Below, in pieces: positions 56,904 to 64,000 of a DNA stretch of 64,000 bases. Location: NCBI GenBank assembly GCA_016937175.1, contig JAFGWL010000013.1, positions 18,821 through 82,820 on the forward strand, given 5' to 3'. The notes beneath the pieces were generated by a model, which saw only the letters and a list, made by a program, of their open reading frames with translations, had not been told where the DNA came from and ran no database searches. Position 1 is the stretch's first letter. Each line of letters opens with the position of its first letter. Source of the DNA: Candidatus Mcinerneyibacteriota bacterium. Its GTDB lineage: Bacteria > Macinerneyibacteriota > Macinerneyibacteria > Macinerneyibacteriales > DSCS01. The position numbers were made by a program, and so were the translations under genes.

Positions 56904-57725
56904 CTATTGCAGCAAAAGAATGACTTTGCAGCGTTTTATCTGGTCCAGCAGATTGGCATCATTTGTGATCTTGGCGGCATCAGCACCGGAGATGTAAAGA
57001 TCCATGCTGTTGTCGGCCACACCTGTTGCTTTGACCACCAGGGGATTCCCTTTGACACGCTCATCGGCTTTGGCCATATCCAGATTCTTGGCATAACCCA
57101 CGACGCCCATCTTCACCGCATAATCGGGATCCACATAAGAAGCGTCGTAGATCGTGGTGTTATCCTCTGTGTAGACACGGGGAGACATACAGGGAAGCAG
57201 CGTATAGTCCCGGGCATCGATGATGATCCCCGTATAAGCTGCATCGGCAGATGATGTCACACCTTCCCCGACCTTGGGAACATCTTTAGGCGTATCGTAA
57301 AGGGGAAGCATGAGTTTCGCCAGGTCGCCGGTTATGGCGATGCTCAGGACGACTTCTATAGTCCCGTCTGACATGTATTTGATCTTCTCTTCTTTGTATC
57401 CTCTCAGGATACCTTCCACTTTGGATTTGATGACATCATCCTTGAGCATAAAGTTCTCCACCGTGGTCTCGGATGTCACGTGGACACCCTGCATGACTTC
57501 CAGTAGATTCCTCTGTGCATCCTGCAAAGCGGCTCTTTTCGCAGCAGGCCTCTGGGCTGCTGCAGGGAGATTGGGGTTGGGGGCTCCGATGCCCACTGCT
57601 CTGATGACAAGCTCCGTCCAATCTATTTCGCCCTTGTCCAACTGTTGAATCATGTTGTCTTCCTGGGCTGAAAGCAACGTAATGCCGCACAGGAGCACGA
57701 GCATTATGATCAATCCTTTTTTCAT
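56904..57725 (-). CDS. secreted hypothetical protein (273 aa)
   Basis: Signal peptide MKKGLIIMLVLLCGITLLSAQ; no assignable catalytic motif. Confidence 0.5.
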   Translation of the reverse strand: MKKGLIIMLVLLCGITLLSAQEDNMIQQLDKGEIDWTELVIRAVGIGAPNPNLPAAAQRPAAKRAALQDAQRNLLEVMQGVHVTSETTVENFMLKDDVIKSKVEGILRGYKEEKIKYMSDGTIEVVLSIAITGDLAKLMLPLYDTPKDVPKVGEGVTSSADAAYTGIIIDARDYTLLPCMSPRVYTEDNTTIYDASYVDPDYAVKMGVVGYAKNLDMAKADERVKGNPLVVKATGVADNSMDLYISGADAAKITNDANLLDQIKRCKVILLLQ

Positions 57726-57791
57726 ATCGACCTCCTTGGTTCCACCAATTTTTACAAGTATAGCAACACTCCTTTTTTTATCAAGGGGACA

Positions 57792-58796
57792 TTACCCAAA
57801 ATTTATCACCTGTAACAGGGCAAAAATAAGGGCTCCGGACATCACGCCGGCAGCTACGTCATCCATCATGATGCCCACCCCGTTTTTCATCTTATCGAAG
57901 AAAGATACCGGAAAGGGTTTCCAGATATCAAAGATCCGGAAGAGGATGAAGGAAGCCCCGACAAGCCACAGATTCCGCCCCGCCAGAAAGAGCGGGATAA
58001 ACTGAGCCACAAACTCGTCCATGATGATGGGAGAAGCGTCATCACTTCCGTAAAGATCTTTTGAGCGGTTGGAAAGAATCAGCCCGAGGATAAAAAGAGC
58101 CGGAAGCAGCCAGGTCAGGACATTAATATGAGTGACTCCCCAGAAAACCCAGAGGATCACCGCAGCCAGGCTTCCCCATGTACCTGGAGCCAGCCTGATA
58201 TGCCCCAGATAGAAGAGAGAGAGGAAAAAGCGGCTGACCTGGTCTAAAAACTCTCTTCCCGTGACGATCCTGCGGTTTTTGATATAGAAATCGATTCCCG
58301 AGTAGACGGTGAGGATCAGAGCAGCATAGAGGAGAAGAATATCCAGGTTTCTTAAGCTGTCACGCGTCAGAATATTCAGCATGGCCGCGATAATGGCAGA
58401 GAGCTGGACCACGGTCTTGATCTTGCCGCTCCAGACCGCGGCGATGACCACTTTTTTGCGTAAAGCCGCATCCCTGTGAAGGGTCACATAGATCTCCCGA
58501 ACCAGAAGCACCAGGACAGCCCAAAGGGGGAAGCGGCCCAGCCAGACAAGCAGGAAAAGAGCCGAATAGACCAGGAGTTTGTCGGCGAAGGGATCCCAGA
58601 TCTTACCGAAATCACTCACCCATTGATATTTCCTGGCCTGGCAGCCGACAAAAAAGTCTGTGAGGGACTTAAAGACAAAAAGACCTAGGCGGATGTACCC
58701 GTAAGTCCTGTTGGTGTTCACCTGGGCAAAAAACCAGACAAACGCCGGGACCAGGATGATCCGTAAAAGAGTCAGTACATTGGGAAGCCGTTTCAT
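57792..58796 (-). CDS. fusion of CDP-diacylglycerol--glycerol-3-phosphate 3-phosphatidyltransferase (N-terminal) and phosphatidylglycerophosphatase A (C-terminal)
   Basis: CDP-alcohol phosphotransferase motif DFGKIWDPFADKLLV; C-terminal PgpA-like GTWGSLAAV...DEFVAQ...RIFDIWKPFP. Confidence 0.75.
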   Translation of the reverse strand: MKRLPNVLTLLRIILVPAFVWFFAQVNTNRTYGYIRLGLFVFKSLTDFFVGCQARKYQWVSDFGKIWDPFADKLLVYSALFLLVWLGRFPLWAVLVLLVREIYVTLHRDAALRKKVVIAAVWSGKIKTVVQLSAIIAAMLNILTRDSLRNLDILLLYAALILTVYSGIDFYIKNRRIVTGREFLDQVSRFFLSLFYLGHIRLAPGTWGSLAAVILWVFWGVTHINVLTWLLPALFILGLILSNRSKDLYGSDDASPIIMDEFVAQFIPLFLAGRNLWLVGASFILFRIFDIWKPFPVSFFDKMKNGVGIMMDDVAAGVMSGALIFALLQVINFG

Positions 58797-60082
58797 AATG
58801 TTATCTCTCCTTCCAGGTCATATTCATAACTTCCGGTGATCCGCACCGGAACAAGTTCTCCTTCAAGGGCTCTATTATTATTGAAAAAGACGACTCCGTC
58901 AACATCCGGGGCATCCCTCCAGATCCTCCCCTCTTCTCCGGTATAATCCACCAGGCAGTCAAACTCCTGTCCTACAAGGTCTGCCATCTTCCCGGCGCTG
59001 ATCTCCCGCTGCAGGGTCATGATCTCCTCCACTCGCTCTTCTTTGACATGCCCCTTCACCGGGTCTCCCAGGGAAGCTCCCGAGCTCAACTTCTGCCTTG
59101 AATAGGCAAAAACACCCATCTTGTCAAAATAGCCCCTCGCCACGAAATCACGCAGGTCTTTGAACTGAGCCTCACCTTCGGCGGGGAACCCGACGATAAA
59201 AGTAGTCCGCAGAACGGGGTCACTGAAGATCTTTTTGATCATGTCAAGTTTGGAGAGGGCCTCATTCTGTGTGTAGCCGCGTTTCATGGCGCGGAGCACC
59301 TCGTCATTGGCATGCTGGAGGGGAATATCGAAATAGGGAAGGATCCCGTTGTCTGCAACGGCTTTGAGAAATTCTTCGTCGATCCCCCGGATATCCAGAT
59401 AGAGGAGCCTTTTCCAGGGAAAATCATAGCGGCCCAGCAGCGACAGGAGCTCCTTCAGAGAAGCCCCGTTGTCTTTTCCGTAAAAAGAGGTGCTCTGGGA
59501 GACAAGGATCATCTCCTTGATCCGCTTGTCCCGGGACAACCTGTCCAGCTCTTCTTTTATATCGGGAAGTGTACGGCTCTTCAGAGGCCCACGGATCCTG
59601 GGTATGGTACAGTAGCTGCAGGGAAGGTCGCAGCCATCGGAGATCTTGAGATAACGGAAGTGGGCCTTGTCCAGGGGAATCCGATGTGTAAAGGGGCCTA
59701 TAAAGCCCTTTATCCCCTTCTCTTCCGGGACACTCTTCTGCTTTGCCAGTTTTTCAATTTCTCCGTAACCGGCGGGAGTGATCCACTCCTCCACTTCGGG
59801 GATCTCACGGGCAAGCTCCTCTTTATGGAGTTCGGGAAGACATCCGATGACAGCGATACGCATCTTGAGGCCCCGCTCTTTTTTCAGCTGGGCATACTCC
59901 AGGATAGTCTCGATGCTCTCTTCTTTGGCTGCGTCGATAAAAGCGCATGTATTGATAAGAAGCAGATCGGCCTCATCCCATTGCGTTGTCAGGCGAGCCC
60001 CGGCTTTGTCCAGGCGTCCTGCGATCTCTTCTGAATCGACGAGGTTTTTGTCACATCCCAGCGTTACAATATGGTATTTCAT
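58793..60082 (-). CDS. rimO: ribosomal protein S12 methylthiotransferase
   Basis: MTTase N-domain, radical SAM CDLPCSYC, C-terminal TRAM. Confidence 0.85.
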   Translation of the reverse strand: MKYHIVTLGCDKNLVDSEEIAGRLDKAGARLTTQWDEADLLLINTCAFIDAAKEESIETILEYAQLKKERGLKMRIAVIGCLPELHKEELAREIPEVEEWITPAGYGEIEKLAKQKSVPEEKGIKGFIGPFTHRIPLDKAHFRYLKISDGCDLPCSYCTIPRIRGPLKSRTLPDIKEELDRLSRDKRIKEMILVSQSTSFYGKDNGASLKELLSLLGRYDFPWKRLLYLDIRGIDEEFLKAVADNGILPYFDIPLQHANDEVLRAMKRGYTQNEALSKLDMIKKIFSDPVLRTTFIVGFPAEGEAQFKDLRDFVARGYFDKMGVFAYSRQKLSSGASLGDPVKGHVKEERVEEIMTLQREISAGKMADLVGQEFDCLVDYTGEEGRIWRDAPDVDGVVFFNNNRALEGELVPVRITGSYEYDLEGEITL

Positions 60083-60084
60083 CT

Positions 60085-60687
60085 CTATTGGGCCAGAAAG
60101 GTTGAGTAGGAATTGAGGTCAAAAATAGCTTTCCTGTAATTCACAGCCTCAAAACTGGAAAAGGAGTAGTATACGATGCTTCCGCTGTAGAAATTAATGC
60201 TTATCTTCTGCGGTTTCACGCGCCCGTCAAAGGTCAGGGAAATCTTTTCTATATCACCTGTCTCTTCTCCTTTGGATGTGAGGACATAAGCTTCCTCTCC
60301 CTTCTTTTCCACGGTGAAGAGGGTCCGGGCCTCCTTTAAAATGGCAAAGGGTGAGATAAAGATAAAATCATCCAGCCCCCCTTCGATGAGCTCGTCATCT
60401 TCAGGGATATAGTCCACATAACCCGTTTCATTGGTGATGATCACCTCTTTGAGGGGGGAGGTATACTCCACACGGAACTCTTTGTCGGGCCTGAACCAGA
60501 GCACCCCCTTCATCTCCCCCTGGAGTTCACCCAGGTAGGAGTAGGTCCTCTGTGTAAAAGCAGCTCGCATGGTGGGGTTCTCCTGGAGAGAAGTTATAAA
60601 ACGGTCCAGAGTATCGCCTGAGGCCTCCGAAACGAAGGCTCCCAGGAGAAACACTCCCGTAAAAATCGTAAAGAGAATCTTTTTCAT
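60085..60687 (-). CDS. lolA: outer-membrane lipoprotein carrier protein LolA-like
   Basis: 200 aa with signal peptide; ftsK-lolA synteny as in E. coli; LolA-like F(T)Q motif region. Confidence 0.6.
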   Translation of the reverse strand: MKKILFTIFTGVFLLGAFVSEASGDTLDRFITSLQENPTMRAAFTQRTYSYLGELQGEMKGVLWFRPDKEFRVEYTSPLKEVIITNETGYVDYIPEDDELIEGGLDDFIFISPFAILKEARTLFTVEKKGEEAYVLTSKGEETGDIEKISLTFDGRVKPQKISINFYSGSIVYYSFSSFEAVNYRKAIFDLNSYSTFLAQ

Positions 60688-62900
60688 ATATAATCCTTCA
60701 GCGTTTCCACATCGACGAGGATCTGACGCCCTTTGGAGCCCCCCTCGGTGTCGATGATCCCCTCATCGGCCAGGGTCTCGATGATCCGGGCCGCGCGGTT
60801 GTATCCGATACTGAACTTCCTCTGGATGAAGGAGGTGGAAATGGAATTCTGGTCATCCAGCAGGTTGTTGTAGATGAGCCGGATCACTTCGGGGAAAAGC
60901 TCGTCCTTGTCATCCATCTCCAGAGTGATCTCCTTATCCTTTTCAAACATCTCCTTATACTCGTCATCCCTTGCTTTAAAGCGCCGGAGATACTGCACTG
61001 TTCGGGTGATCTCCTCAACTGTGACCAGAGAGGCCTGTCCGCGGACGATCTCGCCGTTCACTTTGTGATAGAGGAAGTCCCCTTTTCCTAACAATGTCTC
61101 CGCCCCGTGGGTTCCCAGGATTATGTGGGAATTGATCTTGGAGGCGGTCTTGAAGGCGATCACCGCGGGGAAGTTGGCTTTGATGGTGCCGGTGATGATA
61201 TCCGCCGATGGCCGCTGGGTGGCCAGGATCAGGTTGATTCCGATGGCCCGGGCCTTCTGCCCCAAACGTATTATGGACTGCTCCACATCCTGGCCCGTAG
61301 TGACCAGGAGGTCGGCAAGCTCATCGATGACGATGAGGATAAAGGGGAGTTTTTCTCCGGGATTAGCGTTATTGAAGGATTGGATATCCCGGTAGCCGTG
61401 ATGGGCCAGGAACTTGTAACGCCGTTCCATCTCATAGAGAGCCCATTTGAGCACATTCACCGCTTCATGGGTCTCCACGATGACATCACTCAAAAGATGG
61501 GGTATCCCGTTGTAATAGGGAAACTCCAGCCGTTTGGGATCGATGAGAAGGACACGGACTTCTTCATAAGTGGCTTTATAGAGAATACTTGTTATAATGC
61601 TGTGAATGCCGATGCTCTTGCCCGACATGGTGGCCCCGGCGATGAGAAGATGAGGGAGCTCGTCGATGCGCAGGATCACAGGCTTGCCGTTGGTGCCTTT
61701 GCCGAAGGCCGCAGTAATCGGCGACGGAGAGTTCTGAAATTCGTCCATCTCGATGATCTCTCGCAACGAGACGAACTGGCGCTTCTGGTTGGGAATCTCG
61801 AATCCTATTGTCCCCCGCCCGGGCAGAGGTGCGATGATACGGATATTGGTCTTGCTCAGGGTGAGGGCCAGTTCGCGGTCCAGAGAGACGATCTTGTTGA
61901 CCTTGATCCCCTTCTCCACTTCCACTTCATAGAGAGAGACCATGGGCCCCGTCTCCACGTTCACCACCCGTCCCTGTATCCCGTATTCGTTTAAAGCGTC
62001 TTCCAGAAGGTCGGCGATCTCCTGAACATTCTCCTCTTCCTGTTTCTGGACCAGATAGGAAAGAAGGTCTGTAGGCGGTATCGGGCCGGCATCGGGAATA
62101 TCAGAGACATCCTGCTCAAACCCCGAATGGACGGGTTCATCCCGCCTGGCCTCTCCGGGGACGATTTCCTTTTCGTTGGGAGTTTCTGATTCGTCTACTC
62201 CCTTGAAATAACGTACATGATAGACAAACTCTTCCCCGGGTGTTTTGGGCTCTTTTTTCTCTTTTTCCTTTTTTCCCTTCGGGGGACGTATTGTCCGCTC
62301 TTTCACGGGACGCTCCGGCTTAAGCTTTTCTCTTTTTTCAGGCTTCTTCCTCTCATGTCTGAAAAGACTTAATAGAAGCAAAAGCCCCCTTTTAAACAGA
62401 GATACAGGGATAAAAGCAGGCAGCACAAACATGATAAGAATAGCCAGGATAATATACGTCCCCACTTTTCCGGTAAACCTGAGCATAAAAGCTCCGGCGG
62501 CTTCGGGAAAGACCCCTCCCCACTCCAAAGGAGAGAAGAGGCGGACGCTGTTGATCTGAAGAAGGATCACCAGGGCCGCGGCTGCGACCACAAAGAGGGC
62601 TCCTTTTCGCCCGGCGAGTATTTTCTGGTCCAGAAAGGCATTGATACCGCCGATAAAGAAGAGTAAGGGGATGATCAGTGCCAGATCACCCAGAAAAAGA
62701 AGAAGATAATGGGAAAGGTAAGCCCCCATAAGGCCGATAAAGTTCTGGATCTTCTCGCCGGATGAGCCCTGAGGTGGGTCCTGGGGAGAGTAGGTCACAA
62801 GGGCCAAAAAAATAAGCACGGCGAACCCGATAAACAGGATGCTTTTGATATCACCCGTCGAGTTTTGCGCTTGTTTCCGGGATTTCTTCCTTCTTGTCAT
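60684..62900 (-). CDS. ftsK: DNA translocase FtsK
   Basis: N-terminal TM segments, linker, Walker A AGATMSGKS, C-terminal gamma (KOPS-binding winged-helix) domain. Confidence 0.9.
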   Translation of the reverse strand: MTRRKKSRKQAQNSTGDIKSILFIGFAVLIFLALVTYSPQDPPQGSSGEKIQNFIGLMGAYLSHYLLLFLGDLALIIPLLFFIGGINAFLDQKILAGRKGALFVVAAAALVILLQINSVRLFSPLEWGGVFPEAAGAFMLRFTGKVGTYIILAILIMFVLPAFIPVSLFKRGLLLLLSLFRHERKKPEKREKLKPERPVKERTIRPPKGKKEKEKKEPKTPGEEFVYHVRYFKGVDESETPNEKEIVPGEARRDEPVHSGFEQDVSDIPDAGPIPPTDLLSYLVQKQEEENVQEIADLLEDALNEYGIQGRVVNVETGPMVSLYEVEVEKGIKVNKIVSLDRELALTLSKTNIRIIAPLPGRGTIGFEIPNQKRQFVSLREIIEMDEFQNSPSPITAAFGKGTNGKPVILRIDELPHLLIAGATMSGKSIGIHSIITSILYKATYEEVRVLLIDPKRLEFPYYNGIPHLLSDVIVETHEAVNVLKWALYEMERRYKFLAHHGYRDIQSFNNANPGEKLPFILIVIDELADLLVTTGQDVEQSIIRLGQKARAIGINLILATQRPSADIITGTIKANFPAVIAFKTASKINSHIILGTHGAETLLGKGDFLYHKVNGEIVRGQASLVTVEEITRTVQYLRRFKARDDEYKEMFEKDKEITLEMDDKDELFPEVIRLIYNNLLDDQNSISTSFIQRKFSIGYNRAARIIETLADEGIIDTEGGSKGRQILVDVETLKDYI

Positions 62901-62903
62901 AGC

Positions 62904-63683
62904 TTATAGAGTATAGGTTAGGAGGACCAAAAAGGCAAGGATAAAGAGGTAGAGGGAAAAGGCCCGGAGGCGCCCTTTCTGTGTGACAGCGACCAGGAGT
63001 TTGATGGAGAAATAGCCCACGATCCCCGCAACCATCGCTCCAAAAAGAAGCACGGGGAGGACAAAGTTCTCGCTTCGCTCCCATCCGTCTTTAAAGGAGA
63101 AGAGAGCTCCTCCCGCTATGGCGGGAATGGAGATGAAAAAGATATACTGAAGGGCCTCTTTACGCTTCAACCCCAAAAGAAGAGCCGCCGCCAGGGTGAT
63201 CCCCGAACGCGAGATCCCGGGGAAGATCGCCACGGCCTGGGCCAGGCCTATAAAAAGGGCTGCTGCCACAGTCAGAGGGCGCGTATCCTCTGTTCGTTTG
63301 TCTGTGAGGAAAAGTATCACGGCCGTGATAAGCCACATAAAGGCGACAAAATGGAGGGAGGAGAAAGCCTCTTCAGCTTGAGAGGCGAAAAGAATTCCGA
63401 CTGCCCCCGTGACTATGGTCGAGAGAGCCAGGCAGAGGAAATAGTGCCAGCTTTCTTTTGCACCCCTGAAAAGACCCTGAAGAAAAGCGACGATCTGTTT
63501 CCAATAGTAGACGATGACTGCTCCCAAAGTCCCCAGATGGAGCATGGCTCCTGTCATCAGAGTCATCCCCCCGTGGCCGAAGAGCTTGTCCACCAGGACG
63601 AGGTGTCCTGAAGAGCTCACGGGAAGAAATTCCGTGAGCCCCTGGATTATTGCTTCAGGAAGGATCTTGAGAAATTCACTCAC
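62904..63683 (-). CDS. uppP: undecaprenyl-diphosphatase
   Basis: 259 aa; LPVSSSGHLVL and ISRSGITLAAALLLG signature motifs. Confidence 0.9.
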   Translation of the reverse strand: MSEFLKILPEAIIQGLTEFLPVSSSGHLVLVDKLFGHGGMTLMTGAMLHLGTLGAVIVYYWKQIVAFLQGLFRGAKESWHYFLCLALSTIVTGAVGILFASQAEEAFSSLHFVAFMWLITAVILFLTDKRTEDTRPLTVAAALFIGLAQAVAIFPGISRSGITLAAALLLGLKRKEALQYIFFISIPAIAGGALFSFKDGWERSENFVLPVLLFGAMVAGIVGYFSIKLLVAVTQKGRLRAFSLYLFILAFLVLLTYTL

Positions 63684-64000
63684 GTCCCCACTCCGGAAAA
63701 TGAGAGATGACGATGGGCTCTTTGGAGCGTTTCTTTTTCAGAAAGCGCTTCATCCGGCGGTTGACCGCTTCTTTGACATACTCGCGGTTTTTACGCTCTT
63801 TTTCATCCATGGAGTAGAGGATATCCTGAAGGCGCTGCCCGATCTCGGTAACATGGTCCTCATTGAGCAGAAGCCCGGCGCTGGCCACTTCGGGGCCCAT
63901 GATGATGTCCCCGGTCTCGACCATATAATCGTAGATGAGGAAGAGGACCCCTTCCTGGCCGATGATCTTACGCTGAGTGATAAGCTCTTCGTCTGCGGTG
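63676..64000 (-). CDS. rnj: ribonuclease J, C-terminal part (5' end beyond window)
   Basis: Minus-strand frame is open from 64000 through the ORF-track 'start' at 63924; GPEVASAGLLLNEDHVTEIGQRL resembles RNase J C-terminal GPDIISRGFVY...; the 82-aa ORF in the track is an internal Met, not a separate gene. Confidence 0.6.
   Translation of the reverse strand, partial: TADEELITQRKIIGQEGVLFLIYDYMVETGDIIMGPEVASAGLLLNEDHVTEIGQRLQDILYSMDEKERKNREYVKEAVNRRMKRFLKKKRSKEPIVISHFPEWGRE

Noticed and set aside
63676-63924. Stand-alone 82-aa ORF at the right edge
   Set aside because: The minus-strand frame remains open upstream to position 64000 (…ELITQRKIIGQEGVLFLIYDY-M…). It is the C-terminal part of a longer RNase J-like gene, not an independent small gene.
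1-64000. Mobile elements, CRISPR arrays, tRNA/rRNA/other structured ncRNA genes
   Set aside because: No transposase or integrase ORFs, no regularly spaced direct repeats, and no intergenic space over ~120 nt was found. The two longest gaps (42810-42913, 44861-44980) are occupied by hairpins, a promoter and an RBS.

Overview
Gene-dense (~95% coding) 64-kb chromosomal segment from a diderm bacterium, moderate GC (~50-55% by eye). About 54 coding sequences are present (two of them partial at the window edges), and all but two are on the minus strand, organised in long translationally coupled operons (many 1-11 nt overlaps, ATGA/GTG-TAA junctions). No rRNA, tRNA, CRISPR array, transposase or integrase was found. 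This looks like core chromosome rather than a mobile island.

Recognisable housekeeping genes:
- LPS/KDO synthesis and transport: kdsA, kdsD, kdsC, lptE.
- Envelope biogenesis: lgt, lolA, uppP, three tandem SurA-like chaperones, a BamB-like PQQ lipoprotein, a MurA homologue, a PgsA-PgpA fusion.
- Translation and RNA: valS, lepA, rlmN, ksgA, rimO, RNase J (partial).
- Nucleotide and cofactor metabolism: upp, uraA, purE, coaBC, nadB, thiamine pyrophosphokinase.
- Aromatic pathway: AroH chorismate mutase, an AroE-AroK fusion.
- Arginine/ornithine catabolism: argF/arcB, arcC.
- Cell division and replication: ftsK, holA.

Embedded in this core are several unusual items:
1. A 2315-aa lipoprotein (TolB-like beta-propeller, giant TPR array, C-terminal CHAT caspase-like protease) translationally coupled to a YdbH (AsmA-like) and YnbE/YdbL lipid-transport module.
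2. A 1015-aa protein fusing an XRE-type HTH to a GlmL/ASKHA actin-like ATPase domain plus a C-terminal extension, heading the KDO operon, with an AT-rich quasi-palindrome in its promoter.
3. An orphan partner-switching pair (STAS antagonist and RsbW-like kinase, no sigma factor) co-operonic with a PIN-PhoH2 nuclease/ATPase.
4. Two paralogous small coiled-coil proteins inserted in the same long operon.
5. A MurA whose active-site residue is Asp rather than Cys, which predicts intrinsic fosfomycin resistance.
6. A triple-REC protein with a degenerate GGDEF domain (GEDDF) that keeps its RxxD I-site.
7. A HisKA-only phosphotransfer-like protein.
8. An SLH-domain TPR lipoprotein in a genome that also has LPS, Lol and Lpt machinery.
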